Positions 1 through 11,130 of a stretch of DNA of 64,000 bases are shown here, piece by piece (within the stretch, counting starts at the first letter, position 1; each line of letters starts with the position of its first letter). Below the pieces are notes generated by a model. That model did not search any database. It had not been told where the DNA came from and saw nothing but the letters and a program-made list of their open reading frames with translations. A program made the translations under genes and the position numbers. This stretch comes from an uncultured Gemmatimonadales bacterium (lineage in GTDB: Bacteria; Gemmatimonadota; Gemmatimonadetes; Longimicrobiales; Gaopeijiaceae): positions 256,001 through 320,000 of the forward strand of contig CAWGKG010000020.1 in NCBI GenBank assembly GCA_963823035.1. The letters run 5' to 3'.

Positions 1-916
1 CGGCCGGCACGTCGCAGCTCACCACGACCACGCCTTCGATGCCCTCGGCCGCAGCGCGCGCATCCAGCTCGTGGACGCCCAGCCAGACGGGGACGGGGGC
101 GTCCCCGGGAGCACCGGCCGCGAAGCCGTGGAGCGCCAGGTAGTCCCCCAGGTCGGCGGCCCGGTCCTCGCTCCGAGAGAAGAGAAGGACGTGGCGCGCG
201 TCCGACGCGAGGATCTCCGACACCGTCTCGAGGATGCCTTCCTCCATCGGGTCGTTGAGGATCCGGTAGCGGAGCCTGCCGCGGTCGGGCGAGGCCGCAC
301 CCACCGGCCCCTCGACGGGCCGCGAGGGCACGGACATGGCGCGGCGCGCGTGCCGCTCCACGAAGTCCTCGACGGCCGGCGTGACCGGCAGCGAGGTCAC
401 CACGCGCTGTCCGTCCCGGGGGAGGAAGTCGAGGACCTCCTCGACCGCGCCGAGGCCTCCCAGCCGCTCGATGCGATCCGCCTGGTCGACCACGAGCGCC
501 TCCACCGAGCCGACGTCCACCTCGCCGCCACGAACGGCCTTGAGGACCGCCTCCGGCGTGGCGAAGAGGACGTGCGCGCGCCCCGGGAGCACCCAGGGAG
601 ACTCGAGCGCCGCGACCGTGTGGCCGGTGACACCCGCGAGGCGCTGCAGCGCCTCGGCCTGGCGGCGAGCCACGTCCGCCGTGGACGTCAGCACCAGGAC
701 CCGCGGCTGCGTGGCGTCGAGGTCCACGCGCTCGAGGAGGGCCGTTCCCCAGGCGACGAGCAGCCCGGCGCCGGGTCCGGCGGCCAGCAGGAGGTTGTTC
801 CCCCGCTTCACGACGGGGATGACCGCCTCCTGCAGCGGCGTCGGGGTCTCGATGCCCTCGGACGCCAGGGCCTCCACCAACTCGGGTGAGAGACCGAGCT
901 CTTCGAAGGAATCCAC
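1..916 (-). CDS. DEAD/DEAH-box helicase-like protein with degenerate ATPase motifs (3' end outside window)
   Basis: Manual translation from GTG at 916: MDSFEELGLSPELVEALASEGIETPTPLQEAVIP (Q motif), then AAGPGAGLL (Walker A position), VLFATP, ALVVDQAD (motif II position). Not in the ORF track because it runs off the window edge. Confidence 0.8.
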   Translation of the reverse strand, partial: MDSFEELGLSPELVEALASEGIETPTPLQEAVIPVVKRGNNLLLAAGPGAGLLVAWGTALLERVDLDATQPRVLVLTSTADVARRQAEALQRLAGVTGHTVAALESPWVLPGRAHVLFATPEAVLKAVRGGEVDVGSVEALVVDQADRIERLGGLGAVEEVLDFLPRDGQRVVTSLPVTPAVEDFVERHARRAMSVPSRPVEGPVGAASPDRGRLRYRILNDPMEEGILETVSEILASDARHVLLFSRSEDRAADLGDYLALHGFAAGAPGDAPVPVWLGVHELDARAAAEGIEGVVVVSCDVPA

Positions 917-923
917 GTGCGGG

Positions 924-1226
924 TCAGCTCGGATCGGCCGAGCCGGGACCGCCGCGGTCCCCCGGCTCGTAGGGAAGGCGGTTGAGGAACTTCTGCACCT
1001 CGTAGTCGAGACGCGACGTCCGCAGCCGGTCGGTCGACGCCACCACGTCGGTGTAGGGACCGTGCCGATGGATGCTGACCGTCACGCTGCCCTCGGCACC
1101 CGAGAAGGTGGCGCCGTGGGCGGAGCCCTTCGTGCGGGACACGCCGACGAGCTTCGGAAGCAGGTCGTCGGCACGTTCGAGGATCTCGCTCGGCGCGAGT
1201 GCGGTCTTGCGCTGGTATCCGGCCAT
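924..1226 (-). CDS. hypothetical protein (~100 aa)
   Basis: MAGYQRKTALAPSEILERADDLLPKLVG...; C-terminal part of ORF 924..1664 with protein-like composition; closely spaced between co-oriented neighbours. Confidence 0.7.
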   Translation of the reverse strand: MAGYQRKTALAPSEILERADDLLPKLVGVSRTKGSAHGATFSGAEGSVTVSIHRHGPYTDVVASTDRLRTSRLDYEVQKFLNRLPYEPGDRGGPGSADPS

Positions 1227-1252
1227 GGGTGATGAACCTCGGGAAAGGGCGT

Positions 1253-1834
1253 TCAACGACGCAGAAAGGTGCGCACCGCGTCGCGGTTGTGGAAGCCCCG
1301 GAGCACCGCCGGGCCATCGACGAGGAGGGGCGGCTCGGCGGCTTCGGCCGGCGCCTCCCGCGCGTGTGCCGCGACCTCCTCGGCGTAGCGGTCCACGTCG
1401 AGCACGACCTTCGTCTCCGTCGCGTCGAGCCCGAGCGCCTGGCCCAGGCGCACCAGCACATCCACCCGACCGATGTCCTCGCCGCGCTCGAAGAAGGCCT
1501 CGAAAACGCCGCGATGCGCCTCCGGACCCACGCCTTTCGACGCTGCGTGCGCGACGAACTCGTGGGCCTTCCGCGTCCAGGGGAGGATGCGCGGCTCCCG
1601 GAGGGCGGGTTCCCCGAGCGTGCCGGCCACGGTGGTGGCGGTCCGCCAGCGTTCCTGCCACCATGTCCCCTCCGGATCGAGAAGGGGCCGGGGAGGCGGG
1701 CGTAGCTCGAAAGGGACGCGCACCGGGGGTACCGAATCCTCCTCCCGGAGGGCCGCGTCGATCTCGCGGTCCATCAGCCAGCTCAACGGATCGACGTAGT
1801 CGAAGTAGAAGCGAGGGGTGGTGGGGGGTTCCAT
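1253..1834 (-). CDS. DsbA/FrnE-like thioredoxin-fold protein lacking CxxC
   Basis: RFYFDYVDPLSW, VPFELRP, WTRKAHE, FEAFFERGEDIGRVDVLVRL resemble FrnE/DSBA family motifs. Confidence 0.8.
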   Translation of the reverse strand: MEPPTTPRFYFDYVDPLSWLMDREIDAALREEDSVPPVRVPFELRPPPRPLLDPEGTWWQERWRTATTVAGTLGEPALREPRILPWTRKAHEFVAHAASKGVGPEAHRGVFEAFFERGEDIGRVDVLVRLGQALGLDATETKVVLDVDRYAEEVAAHAREAPAEAAEPPLLVDGPAVLRGFHNRDAVRTFLRR

Positions 1835-1947
1835 TTCAAGGAACCTCGCGGGCCCGGTCGGGTGCCGCAAACCCGGGAATTGCTCGGTCCGGGCCACCCC
1901 TCGATATTCCGGTCTCCTGCCCGCGGCCCGACACCGAAAGGTCCTTC

Positions 1948-3141
1948 ATGAGGCTAAGCGCCAACACCGAGCGACTGCAGCCGTCCGCCACGATCGCCGT
2001 GAGCACCCTCGCGAAGCGCCTCGCGGAGGAAGGGCGGGACGTCATCAACCTGAGCGCGGGCGAGCCGGACTTCGACACGCCGGTCTTCATCGCGGACGCC
2101 GCCGTCGCGGGGATCCGCGGCGGGAAGACCCGCTACACCCCTCCGCCCGGGATCCCGCAGCTGCGCAAGGCCATCGCCGCGCGGCTGTCCGAGCGGGCGG
2201 GGCGCACGCTCGACTGGACGGGCGTGGTGGTCACCGCCGGCGCGAAGCAGTCGCTCTTCAACGCCACCTTCTGTCTGTTCGGTCCCGGGGACGAGGTGCT
2301 GGTCGCCGCGCCGTTCTGGACGAGCTATCCCGACCTGGTGATGATCGCCCGCGCGGAGCCCGTCGCGGTCTTCGGGGACGAAGACACGGGCTTCAAGCTC
2401 ACGCCGGCCCACCTCGACGCAGCCGCCACGGAGCGGACGCGCGGGTTGATCCTGAACACGCCGTGCAACCCCACGGGCGCCGTGTACTCGCTGGACGAGC
2501 TGCGCGCGCTCGCCGAATGGGCGCGGGACCGCGGCGTCTGGCTCATCTCCGACGAGATCTACGGGAACATCTACCACGAGGACGACCGCGCCACCGCTCC
2601 GGGCCTGCTCGACCTCCCCGAGGAGAGCCTGGGGGACTTCGTCCTCGTGGACGGTGCTTCCAAGAGCTACGCCATGACCGGTTGGCGCTCCGGCTTCTCG
2701 TGGTGCGTGCCGGAGCTGGCGAAGAAGTTCGCGGACCTGCAGAGCCAGATCACGTCGAACGCGGCCACGCCGTCGCAGATGGCGACGCTCGAGGCGTTCA
2801 GCAACGTGGAGGCGGCCACCGCCTCCGTGAAGGAGATGGAGGGCGCCTTCCGGCGGCGTCGGGATCTCGTGGTGCGTCGGATGCGGGAGCTTCTCCCCGA
2901 CGTCTCCTTCGTCGAGCCCCACGGCGCGTTCTACCTCTACTTCCGGGTGGACCACCTCTTCGACGACGCCGTGGCGAGCGCGACGGCGTGGTGCAGTCGC
3001 CTGCTCGAGACGACGGGCGTGGCGCTCGTGCCGGGGGCCGCCTTCGGGGACGACCGGTGGGCCCGGATGAGCTACGCGGCGTCGGATTCCGATCTGGAGA
3101 CCGCGCTGCAGCGGATCGCGGAGTTCGTCCGCGGGAGCTGA
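1948..3141 (+). CDS. PLP-dependent aminotransferase class I/II (aspartate aminotransferase-like)
   Basis: DVINLSAGEPDFDTP, TRYTPPPGIPQLR, NTPCNPTG, SDEIY, SKSYAMTGWRSG (PLP lysine). Confidence 0.95.
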   Translation: MRLSANTERLQPSATIAVSTLAKRLAEEGRDVINLSAGEPDFDTPVFIADAAVAGIRGGKTRYTPPPGIPQLRKAIAARLSERAGRTLDWTGVVVTAGAKQSLFNATFCLFGPGDEVLVAAPFWTSYPDLVMIARAEPVAVFGDEDTGFKLTPAHLDAAATERTRGLILNTPCNPTGAVYSLDELRALAEWARDRGVWLISDEIYGNIYHEDDRATAPGLLDLPEESLGDFVLVDGASKSYAMTGWRSGFSWCVPELAKKFADLQSQITSNAATPSQMATLEAFSNVEAATASVKEMEGAFRRRRDLVVRRMRELLPDVSFVEPHGAFYLYFRVDHLFDDAVASATAWCSRLLETTGVALVPGAAFGDDRWARMSYAASDSDLETALQRIAEFVRGS

Positions 3142-3157
3142 GCGACGCCGCTGCGCG

Positions 3158-4081
3158 TCAGGTCGAGAGGTGCGACACGACGCACGCCGCCGCCGAGGCG
3201 GTGCGCCGTGCGTACTGCCGCCCGAACAGGTTGACGTGTACCAGCAGGTAGTAGAGCTGGTACAGGTCCCGCCGGTAGGTGCGGTACGCCTTCGTGATGG
3301 GCTGCACCTCGTCGTACGCCTCGTAGAAGCGTGCGCCGAATCCTCCGAAGAGCTCGGTCATCGCCAGGTCGACCTCCCCGTGTCCGCGGTAGACGGCAGG
3401 ATCGATGAGGACGGGTGCCCCGTCCGCGGCCGCGTAGGCGTTTCCGCCCCACAGGTCGCCGTGCAGGAGGTGGGGCGGTCCGGCGTCCACGTCCTCGAGC
3501 GCTCGGGGGACGAGATCGACGGCGCGCTCGAGGATCTCCACGTCCTGGCGGGCGAACGAGTCCGCGTCGACGGCTCGGCGCAGCTGCGGAAGGATGCGCT
3601 GTTCGCGCCAGAAGGAGGACCAGGAGGCCGCGCTCCGGTTCGACTGCGGGAGGGACCCGATCCAGTTGGGGTGCGACCACCCGAAGGCGCTCGACGGGTC
3701 CGCCGACCGGTGCAGCCGGGCCAGGCCGCGCCCCAGGCGCTCGTCGTGGTCGGGTGCGGGTGGGCCCGCCGGAACGTGCTCCATCAGGAGCCAGGAAGGG
3801 GAGCCCGCGCCTCCGCCCCACGCGAGCGGCTCCGGCACCCGCAGGGTTCCCGCGTCGCGGAGCGCCTGTAGCCCGTTCGCCTCGGCTTCGAAGAGACCGG
3901 GCGGGGCGTGGGCGTTCCACTTCAGGAAGAAGGAGCCGCCGTCCGGGGCGTCGAGCCGCGCCCCGTGGTTGATGCACCCGCCGGTCACGCCGGTCACCCC
4001 GTCCACGCCACCCTCCACCCCCATCCGCCGGAGCGCGTCCTCGACGCCTTCCAGCACGGGCGGGGGGAGCGCGTCGGTCAT
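3158..4081 (-). CDS. fructosamine/ketosamine-3-kinase family protein
   Basis: GGCIN, FFLKWN, FEAEANGL, LLHGDLWGGN, IDPAVYRGHGEVDLAMTELFGGF. Confidence 0.93.
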   Translation of the reverse strand: MTDALPPPVLEGVEDALRRMGVEGGVDGVTGVTGGCINHGARLDAPDGGSFFLKWNAHAPPGLFEAEANGLQALRDAGTLRVPEPLAWGGGAGSPSWLLMEHVPAGPPAPDHDERLGRGLARLHRSADPSSAFGWSHPNWIGSLPQSNRSAASWSSFWREQRILPQLRRAVDADSFARQDVEILERAVDLVPRALEDVDAGPPHLLHGDLWGGNAYAAADGAPVLIDPAVYRGHGEVDLAMTELFGGFGARFYEAYDEVQPITKAYRTYRRDLYQLYYLLVHVNLFGRQYARRTASAAACVVSHLST

Positions 4082-4576
4082 GGGTCCGTTCGGAGCTCCT
4101 CGAGCAGCCGTGCGCAGGACCGATGCACCATGCCGTAGACGTTCTCGAAGCCGTCCGGGCCGCCGAAGTACGGGTCGGGTACCTCGTCGCCGCCACCGTC
4201 GGGGTCGAACTCCCGGAGGAGGTGCAGGCGGGCCCGTGCGCCGTTCGTGACCATGCGCTCCAGGTCGCGCAGGTTCTCCCGGTCCATCGCCACGACGACG
4301 TCGAATCGATCGAAGTCGTCAGCGCAGACCTGGCGCGCGCGGCTCGGGAGGTCGACCCCATGGGCGGCGGCCACGGCGACCGAGCGCGGGTCCGGTCGCT
4401 CCCCGACGTGCCAGGAGCCGGTGCCCGCCGAATCGACGACGAAGCGCGTCCCCCAGCCCCTCCTGGCGCACGAGATGCAGGAACACGCCCTCGGCCAGCG
4501 GTGACCGACAGATGTTGCCGAGGCACACGAAGAGGACGGAGAAGGGGTGGTCGGAGCCGGACTCGGACGCGTGCAT
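4078..4576 (-). CDS. low-molecular-weight protein-tyrosine phosphatase (one frameshift near 4450)
   Basis: [16 protein letters not shown] in one frame; [17 protein letters not shown]...VPDPYFGG in the other. Confidence 0.9.
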
Positions 4577-4702
4577 CGGGCGAGGGCCTGTGCTGGGCGG
4601 AGCGTCTGGCGCCGGGGGACGAGTCGTCCCGGCGGCTCGGACCCAACTTGGCCGTGACCTACAACGTTGGCAAGAAAGCGCCTAGCTTTCGCGACTAAGC
4701 CC

Positions 4703-5977
4703 ATGAACGGAGCCATTGTGGAGATCGCCACCTTTCAGGACCTGAAGCTCTCGGACGATCGCCTCGCCGCGGTCGAGGCCATCGGATGGAGCAAGCCGAC
4801 GCCCATCCAGGCCAAGGCCATCCCCCCCGGGATCGCAGGCGCCGACGTCGTCGGCATCGCGCAGACCGGCACGGGGAAGACCGGGGCGTTCATGATCCCC
4901 GCGCTCGAGCGGCTGAAGGCGGGCGGGGGGCTGCAGGTGCTCGTGCTCTGCCCGACGCGGGAGCTCGCGCAGCAGGTGGCGGAGGACACGGCCGCTCTGG
5001 CGAAGGGCACGAACGTGCGCGTCGAGGCCATCTTCGGCGGTGTGGGCTACGGCCCCCAGATCGATGCGCTGCAACAGGGCTTCGAGGTCATCGTGGCCAC
5101 GCCCGGCCGCTTCATCGACCACATGCAGTCGAAACGCGTGGACCTGTCGAAGGTGGCGTACCTCGTCCTGGACGAGGCGGACCGGATGCTGGACATGGGG
5201 TTCAGGCCCCAGATCGAGCAGGTGCTGCGCCTGATGCCGGCCCAGCGGCAGACCATGCTCTTCAGCGCCACGATGCCGCACGGCGTGCACGATCTCGCGC
5301 TGCGCATCACGCGCGAGGCCATCTGGATCGAGGCGACCAAGTCGGGCACGACCGCGGACGGGATCGAAGAGATCTTCTACTCGGTGAAGCCGGAGAAGAA
5401 GCCGGACCTCCTCGTGGAGCTGCTCAAGGCTCCCGAGTGGGACCAGGTGCTCGTGTTCACGCGCACGAAGGCGGGCGCCGACGTGTTGGAGGCCCGGCTG
5501 GAGCGGGAGGGCATCTCCACCGACGCGATGCACTCCGACCGCCAGATGAAGCACCGCACGCGGGCGCTGGATCGCTTCTCCGCGGGTAAGACGCGCGTGC
5601 TCGTGGCCACGGACATCGCGCAGCGTGGCCTCGACGTCGAGGGCATCAGCCATGTGGTGAACTACGATGTCCCGCTCGACCCCGAGGACTACGTGCACCG
5701 GATCGGCCGGACCGGCCGGGCCGGCGCCACGGGCACGGCCGTGACGTTCGTCACGGCGAAGGACCTGGGCGCGGTCAAGACGCTGGAGCACCGGCTGGGA
5801 CGGACCGTGGAGCGCGTGCACCTCCCCGGGTTCGACTACGTAGGCACACCCCAACCGGAGGGGCGCACGTCCCGCCGGGGGCACAAGTCCCGATCCCCCA
5901 AGGGAATGGGCTCTCGCTCGACGGACGACCTGTCTCCCGAAGAGCTCGACGACCTGCTCAACCTCGGCCGATCCTGA
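4703..5977 (+). CDS. DEAD-box RNA helicase (RhlE-like)
   Basis: PTPIQ, AQTGTGKT, PTRELA, TPGR, DEAD, SAT, QRGLD, YVHRIGRTGRAG all present; start could be GTG at 4718. Confidence 0.95.
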   Translation: MNGAIVEIATFQDLKLSDDRLAAVEAIGWSKPTPIQAKAIPPGIAGADVVGIAQTGTGKTGAFMIPALERLKAGGGLQVLVLCPTRELAQQVAEDTAALAKGTNVRVEAIFGGVGYGPQIDALQQGFEVIVATPGRFIDHMQSKRVDLSKVAYLVLDEADRMLDMGFRPQIEQVLRLMPAQRQTMLFSATMPHGVHDLALRITREAIWIEATKSGTTADGIEEIFYSVKPEKKPDLLVELLKAPEWDQVLVFTRTKAGADVLEARLEREGISTDAMHSDRQMKHRTRALDRFSAGKTRVLVATDIAQRGLDVEGISHVVNYDVPLDPEDYVHRIGRTGRAGATGTAVTFVTAKDLGAVKTLEHRLGRTVERVHLPGFDYVGTPQPEGRTSRRGHKSRSPKGMGSRSTDDLSPEELDDLLNLGRS

Positions 5978-6001
5978 CCACCACCCACCCCCGAGAGACC
6001 G

Positions 6002-6412
6002 ATGATCTTCAGGCGCTATGGAACGGCGTTTCACAGCGTGGACCCCAACTTCGAGTCGAAGGCCCTCAACGAGATCGGCTTCCGTCGCGACGGCGAGCGT
6101 CAGCTTTCGGCGGAGGAGTTCGAGGCGTCCTACGCCCATCTCTCCACGCACGAGCTCACCGCCGAGGCGGAGGGCTCCGTCCAGGACCACACCGAGCAGC
6201 TCCTCCTGGATCGGCTCGAGTCGCGTCTCCTCGAGCTGGAGGCCGGGCTCGAGCACGACTGCGTCGTGGTGGTGGAGAACAAGGACGGTCCGGATTACCC
6301 CAAGACCAAGCAGCAGACGCGCAATGTGATCGTGGACGGTGAGAACCGCCTGCACTTCACCTACACGATTGCGCCCAACCTGCGTGTCGGCGTCTACCGG
6401 AAGAAGGCCTAG
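6002..6412 (+). CDS. hypothetical protein (136 aa)
   Basis: Clean ATG ORF with globular composition, 25 nt downstream of the helicase. Confidence 0.75.
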   Translation: MIFRRYGTAFHSVDPNFESKALNEIGFRRDGERQLSAEEFEASYAHLSTHELTAEAEGSVQDHTEQLLLDRLESRLLELEAGLEHDCVVVVENKDGPDYPKTKQQTRNVIVDGENRLHFTYTIAPNLRVGVYRKKA

Positions 6413-6421
6413 TGCGCCGGA

Positions 6422-6453
6422 ACCCCGCCCGGAGCCTCCTTTCCGGGCGGGGT
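6422..6453 (+). terminator. GC-rich hairpin after helicase/hypothetical genes
   Basis: accccgcccgga (6422-6433) / tccgggcggggt (6442-6453), 12-bp perfect stem; no long U tract. Confidence 0.55.
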
Positions 6454-6488
6454 CTGCGGCCTGCCCGCAAGGCTGCGGAGGTACCTAT

Positions 6489-6562
6489 GAATGTGGGGCG
6501 ATCCCCTACATTCCCGAGCCAACTTTCCCCGACAGCACCCCATCCCTCCGTTCGGGTATCAT
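6489..6562 (+). promoter_or_regulatory. imperfect palindrome plus candidate -10 element upstream of the candidate ncRNA
   Basis: gaatgtgggg-cgatc-ccctacattc (6489-6513); TATCAT at 6557-6562; no clear -35. Confidence 0.35.
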
Positions 6563-6569
6563 GTTGCAG

Positions 6570-6945
6570 CGATTTGAAGGGACTGACGGCCCGACGGGAC
6601 GAGGTCCAGCAACCTCTACCCGCCCTCGCCGGACCTCGGTTCCTGGGCCTGCCGGGAGCTTAGGGCAGGAGCTTCCCGGCGGCCCGAATCTTGATCGGAC
6701 GGAGCTAGTTCGACGCGGGTCGAGACAACCGGAGGGGCGACACGAGAGGCCCCGACGTGAGCGACCGGGTCGAGCGGGACCCCGCCAGCAGCAAGCCCGC
6801 TCCGTCCGATGAATTGGGGAAGTGGATGGTGGAAGGCGCACCAGCCGCCAGCCCCGCAAGCGGTGAGGGGTGTCCTGTTGGCGGGAGGGTCGCAGGCGCC
6901 CCTGCCTGGCCCGGTGAGGCGAGAGTCTCACCGGGCCTTTTTTTG
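6570..6945 (+). ncRNA. candidate large structured non-coding RNA, family unassigned
   Basis: No credible ORF. Helices: cgaggtcc/ggacctcg (6600-6638); gggcc-gccgggagct/agcttcccggc-ggccc (6645-6685); 12-bp atcggacggagc/gctccgtccgat (6694-6705/6799-6810); tggtg/cacca; ccgccagc/gttggcgg. Ends in an intrinsic terminator. Confidence 0.55.
6908..6945 (+). terminator. Rho-independent terminator
   Basis: ggcccggtgaggc-gaga-gtctcaccgggcc followed by ttttttt. Confidence 0.9.
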
Positions 6946-7110
6946 TCTTCGAGTCGGGGCAGGTATGGCCGTGGAAGCGGGTTGCTACCGGGTGCGATTT
7001 CCGTGAAACTTCAGAGTTGGAATCTCTCCCGCTGACGACAGTGGTGGGGGTGGCCCCTCCTGCCCGCGGCCGCCCCGACTTCGGCTTCTTATACATACGG
7101 TCGGGAACCC

Positions 7111-9407
<2,297 letters not shown>

Positions 9408-9452
9408 TGAGGCCCGGGCTCTCCGTGGCGCTCCCCGTGGCCCTCGCGCTAG

Positions 9453-9914
9453 CTAGCCGACCATCTCGAGGCCGCCGCCGTCAGCCTCGCAGCGGCGCAG
9501 CGCCTCGCTCGTCGCCTCGAGCAGGTCCGAGGCCTCCTTCATCTCCGGTTGGAAGGCGGCGAGCCCGATCGACACGGGCCCGGTCGCGACTTCCGCGAGG
9601 GCCGTCTCGACGCGATCGGCCGCGATCCGTCCGCCCGAGAGGTTGGACCCGACGAGGATCACCCCGAAGCGGCCGTCGCCGAGGTAGGCCACCAGGTCCG
9701 ATGTCCGCGTCATGCCCACGATACAGGCCCCGAGCGCGCGTAGCGCGCCCTCGTCGGGTGCGGGGGCAGAGACGAGCATGAGGGTGAGGGGAACGCCACG
9801 GTCGGCCGCGGCGAAGAGGTAGCCGTAAACGAGGTCGAAATGAAGAAGGTTGGCCAGACCCGTGGTCCGGTCCGTAAGGGCCGGATGCCCGATGGCGGGT
9901 TCCCTGCCTGGCAT
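9453..9914 (-). CDS. stand-alone degenerate GGDEF-domain protein
   Basis: LTDRTTGLAN, RTSDLVAYLGDGRFGVIL (GGDEF replaced by GDGRF), VSIGLAAF. Confidence 0.8.
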   Translation of the reverse strand: MPGREPAIGHPALTDRTTGLANLLHFDLVYGYLFAAADRGVPLTLMLVSAPAPDEGALRALGACIVGMTRTSDLVAYLGDGRFGVILVGSNLSGGRIAADRVETALAEVATGPVSIGLAAFQPEMKEASDLLEATSEALRRCEADGGGLEMVG

Positions 9915-10099
9915 GCCTTGAACTCTCCTTGGCCGGGGCTGCTGCGACACGGCTTCATTCGAAATCTCGGACGTACGCCGCGCACGCGCCATGCTGCCGT
10001 GGGTGTCCGTTGCCCCCCTCCGGGTCGGCTCCTACCGTTGGGCGCCATGAAGCCCACCGAACCCGGCGCACCCAGGATCCCGAGCCAGCCGGCGGTTTC

Positions 10100-11096
10100 G
10101 TGAGCGCGAGGGGCATCCTCCTCGGCGCCGCGGCCGCCGTGGTGGCCGTGGTGCTGCTCGGTCCGCGCGCCCGCATGCACGGCGACGTACGGTCGGTGGA
10201 GGTACCTGCGGACGTGGACGCCTGGCTGCTCGCCTCCGAGGATTCGGTGCCCGGCATCCGCCCCGGCGACGGGAAGGAGGTCGTGTGGGCGCACGCCGAC
10301 CGGCGGGTCACGGAAGTGTCCGTGGTCTACCTGCACGGCTTCAGCGCCGATCGGCACGAGATCGCTCCCGTCCCCGCCGAGATCGCGCGGGCTCTCGACG
10401 CGAACGTGTTCTACACGCGCCTCAGCCGGCCATGGACGCGACGCGGCCGCGATGGGCGACGCCACCGCGCAGGAGTGGCTCCAGGACACGGAGGAGGCGC
10501 TGGCCGTGGGAGGGCGCATCGGCCGCCGCGTGCTGCTGATCGGCACGTCCACCGGCGGTACGCTGGCCACGTGGGCCGCGGCGCAGGAGCGGTGGCGCCC
10601 GGCTCTGCTCGCCGTGGTGCTGGTCTCCCCCAACTTCGGTGTGCGGGACGGTAGGGCGGACATGCTGCTGTGGCCGTGGGGCGGCCTCCTCGCCCGATGG
10701 GTCGCCGGTCCCGAGCGGTGCTTCGAGGCGGTCAACCCCGAGCATCGGAGGCACTGGACAACCTGCTATCCGACGCGGGCGCTCCTTCCGATGATGGCGC
10801 TGGTGGACCACGTGCGCTCCCTGGACCCGACCCGGATCGTGACGCCGGTGCTGGTGTTGTACTCGCCCGACGACGGCGTGGTCGATCCGGCCGCCACCGA
10901 GCGGGTCTTCGCGGGCTTCGCGTCTCGTATCAAGCGGATCGAGCCGGTGGAGGGGAGCGCCGAGGGCGAGCACCACGTGCTGGCCGGCGCCATCCTCTCG
11001 CCGGCCTACGACGACACCGTGGTGACCGACGTGCTGGACTTCGTACGGCCGCTGCGCCCGAAGCGAACCGAGAACGAGGCGGATACACTGCGATGA
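10100..11096 (+). CDS. membrane-anchored alpha/beta hydrolase (frameshift near 10430)
   Basis: N-terminal hydrophobic segment, VYLHGFSA, GTSTGG nucleophile elbow, DGVVD, HHVLAG. Confidence 0.85.
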
Positions 11097-11130
11097 ATCG
11101 AGAGCGCTCGCTGTACTGCGGAGACACGGC

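Noticed and set aside
6576..6615. SAM-I riboswitch-like words (GAAGGGACTG..GGCCCGACG..CCAGCAACC)
   Set aside because: The P1 AUC/GAU SAM-binding elements and the downstream GGUGC..AAUUCC segment were not found, and the downstream gene is not a sulfur/methionine gene. Left as part of the unassigned RNA.
6570..6945. RNase P, tmRNA, SRP, 6S, cobalamin, glycine or c-di-AMP riboswitch identity
   Set aside because: Diagnostic conserved motifs were not found in the right order by eye; an Rfam scan is needed.
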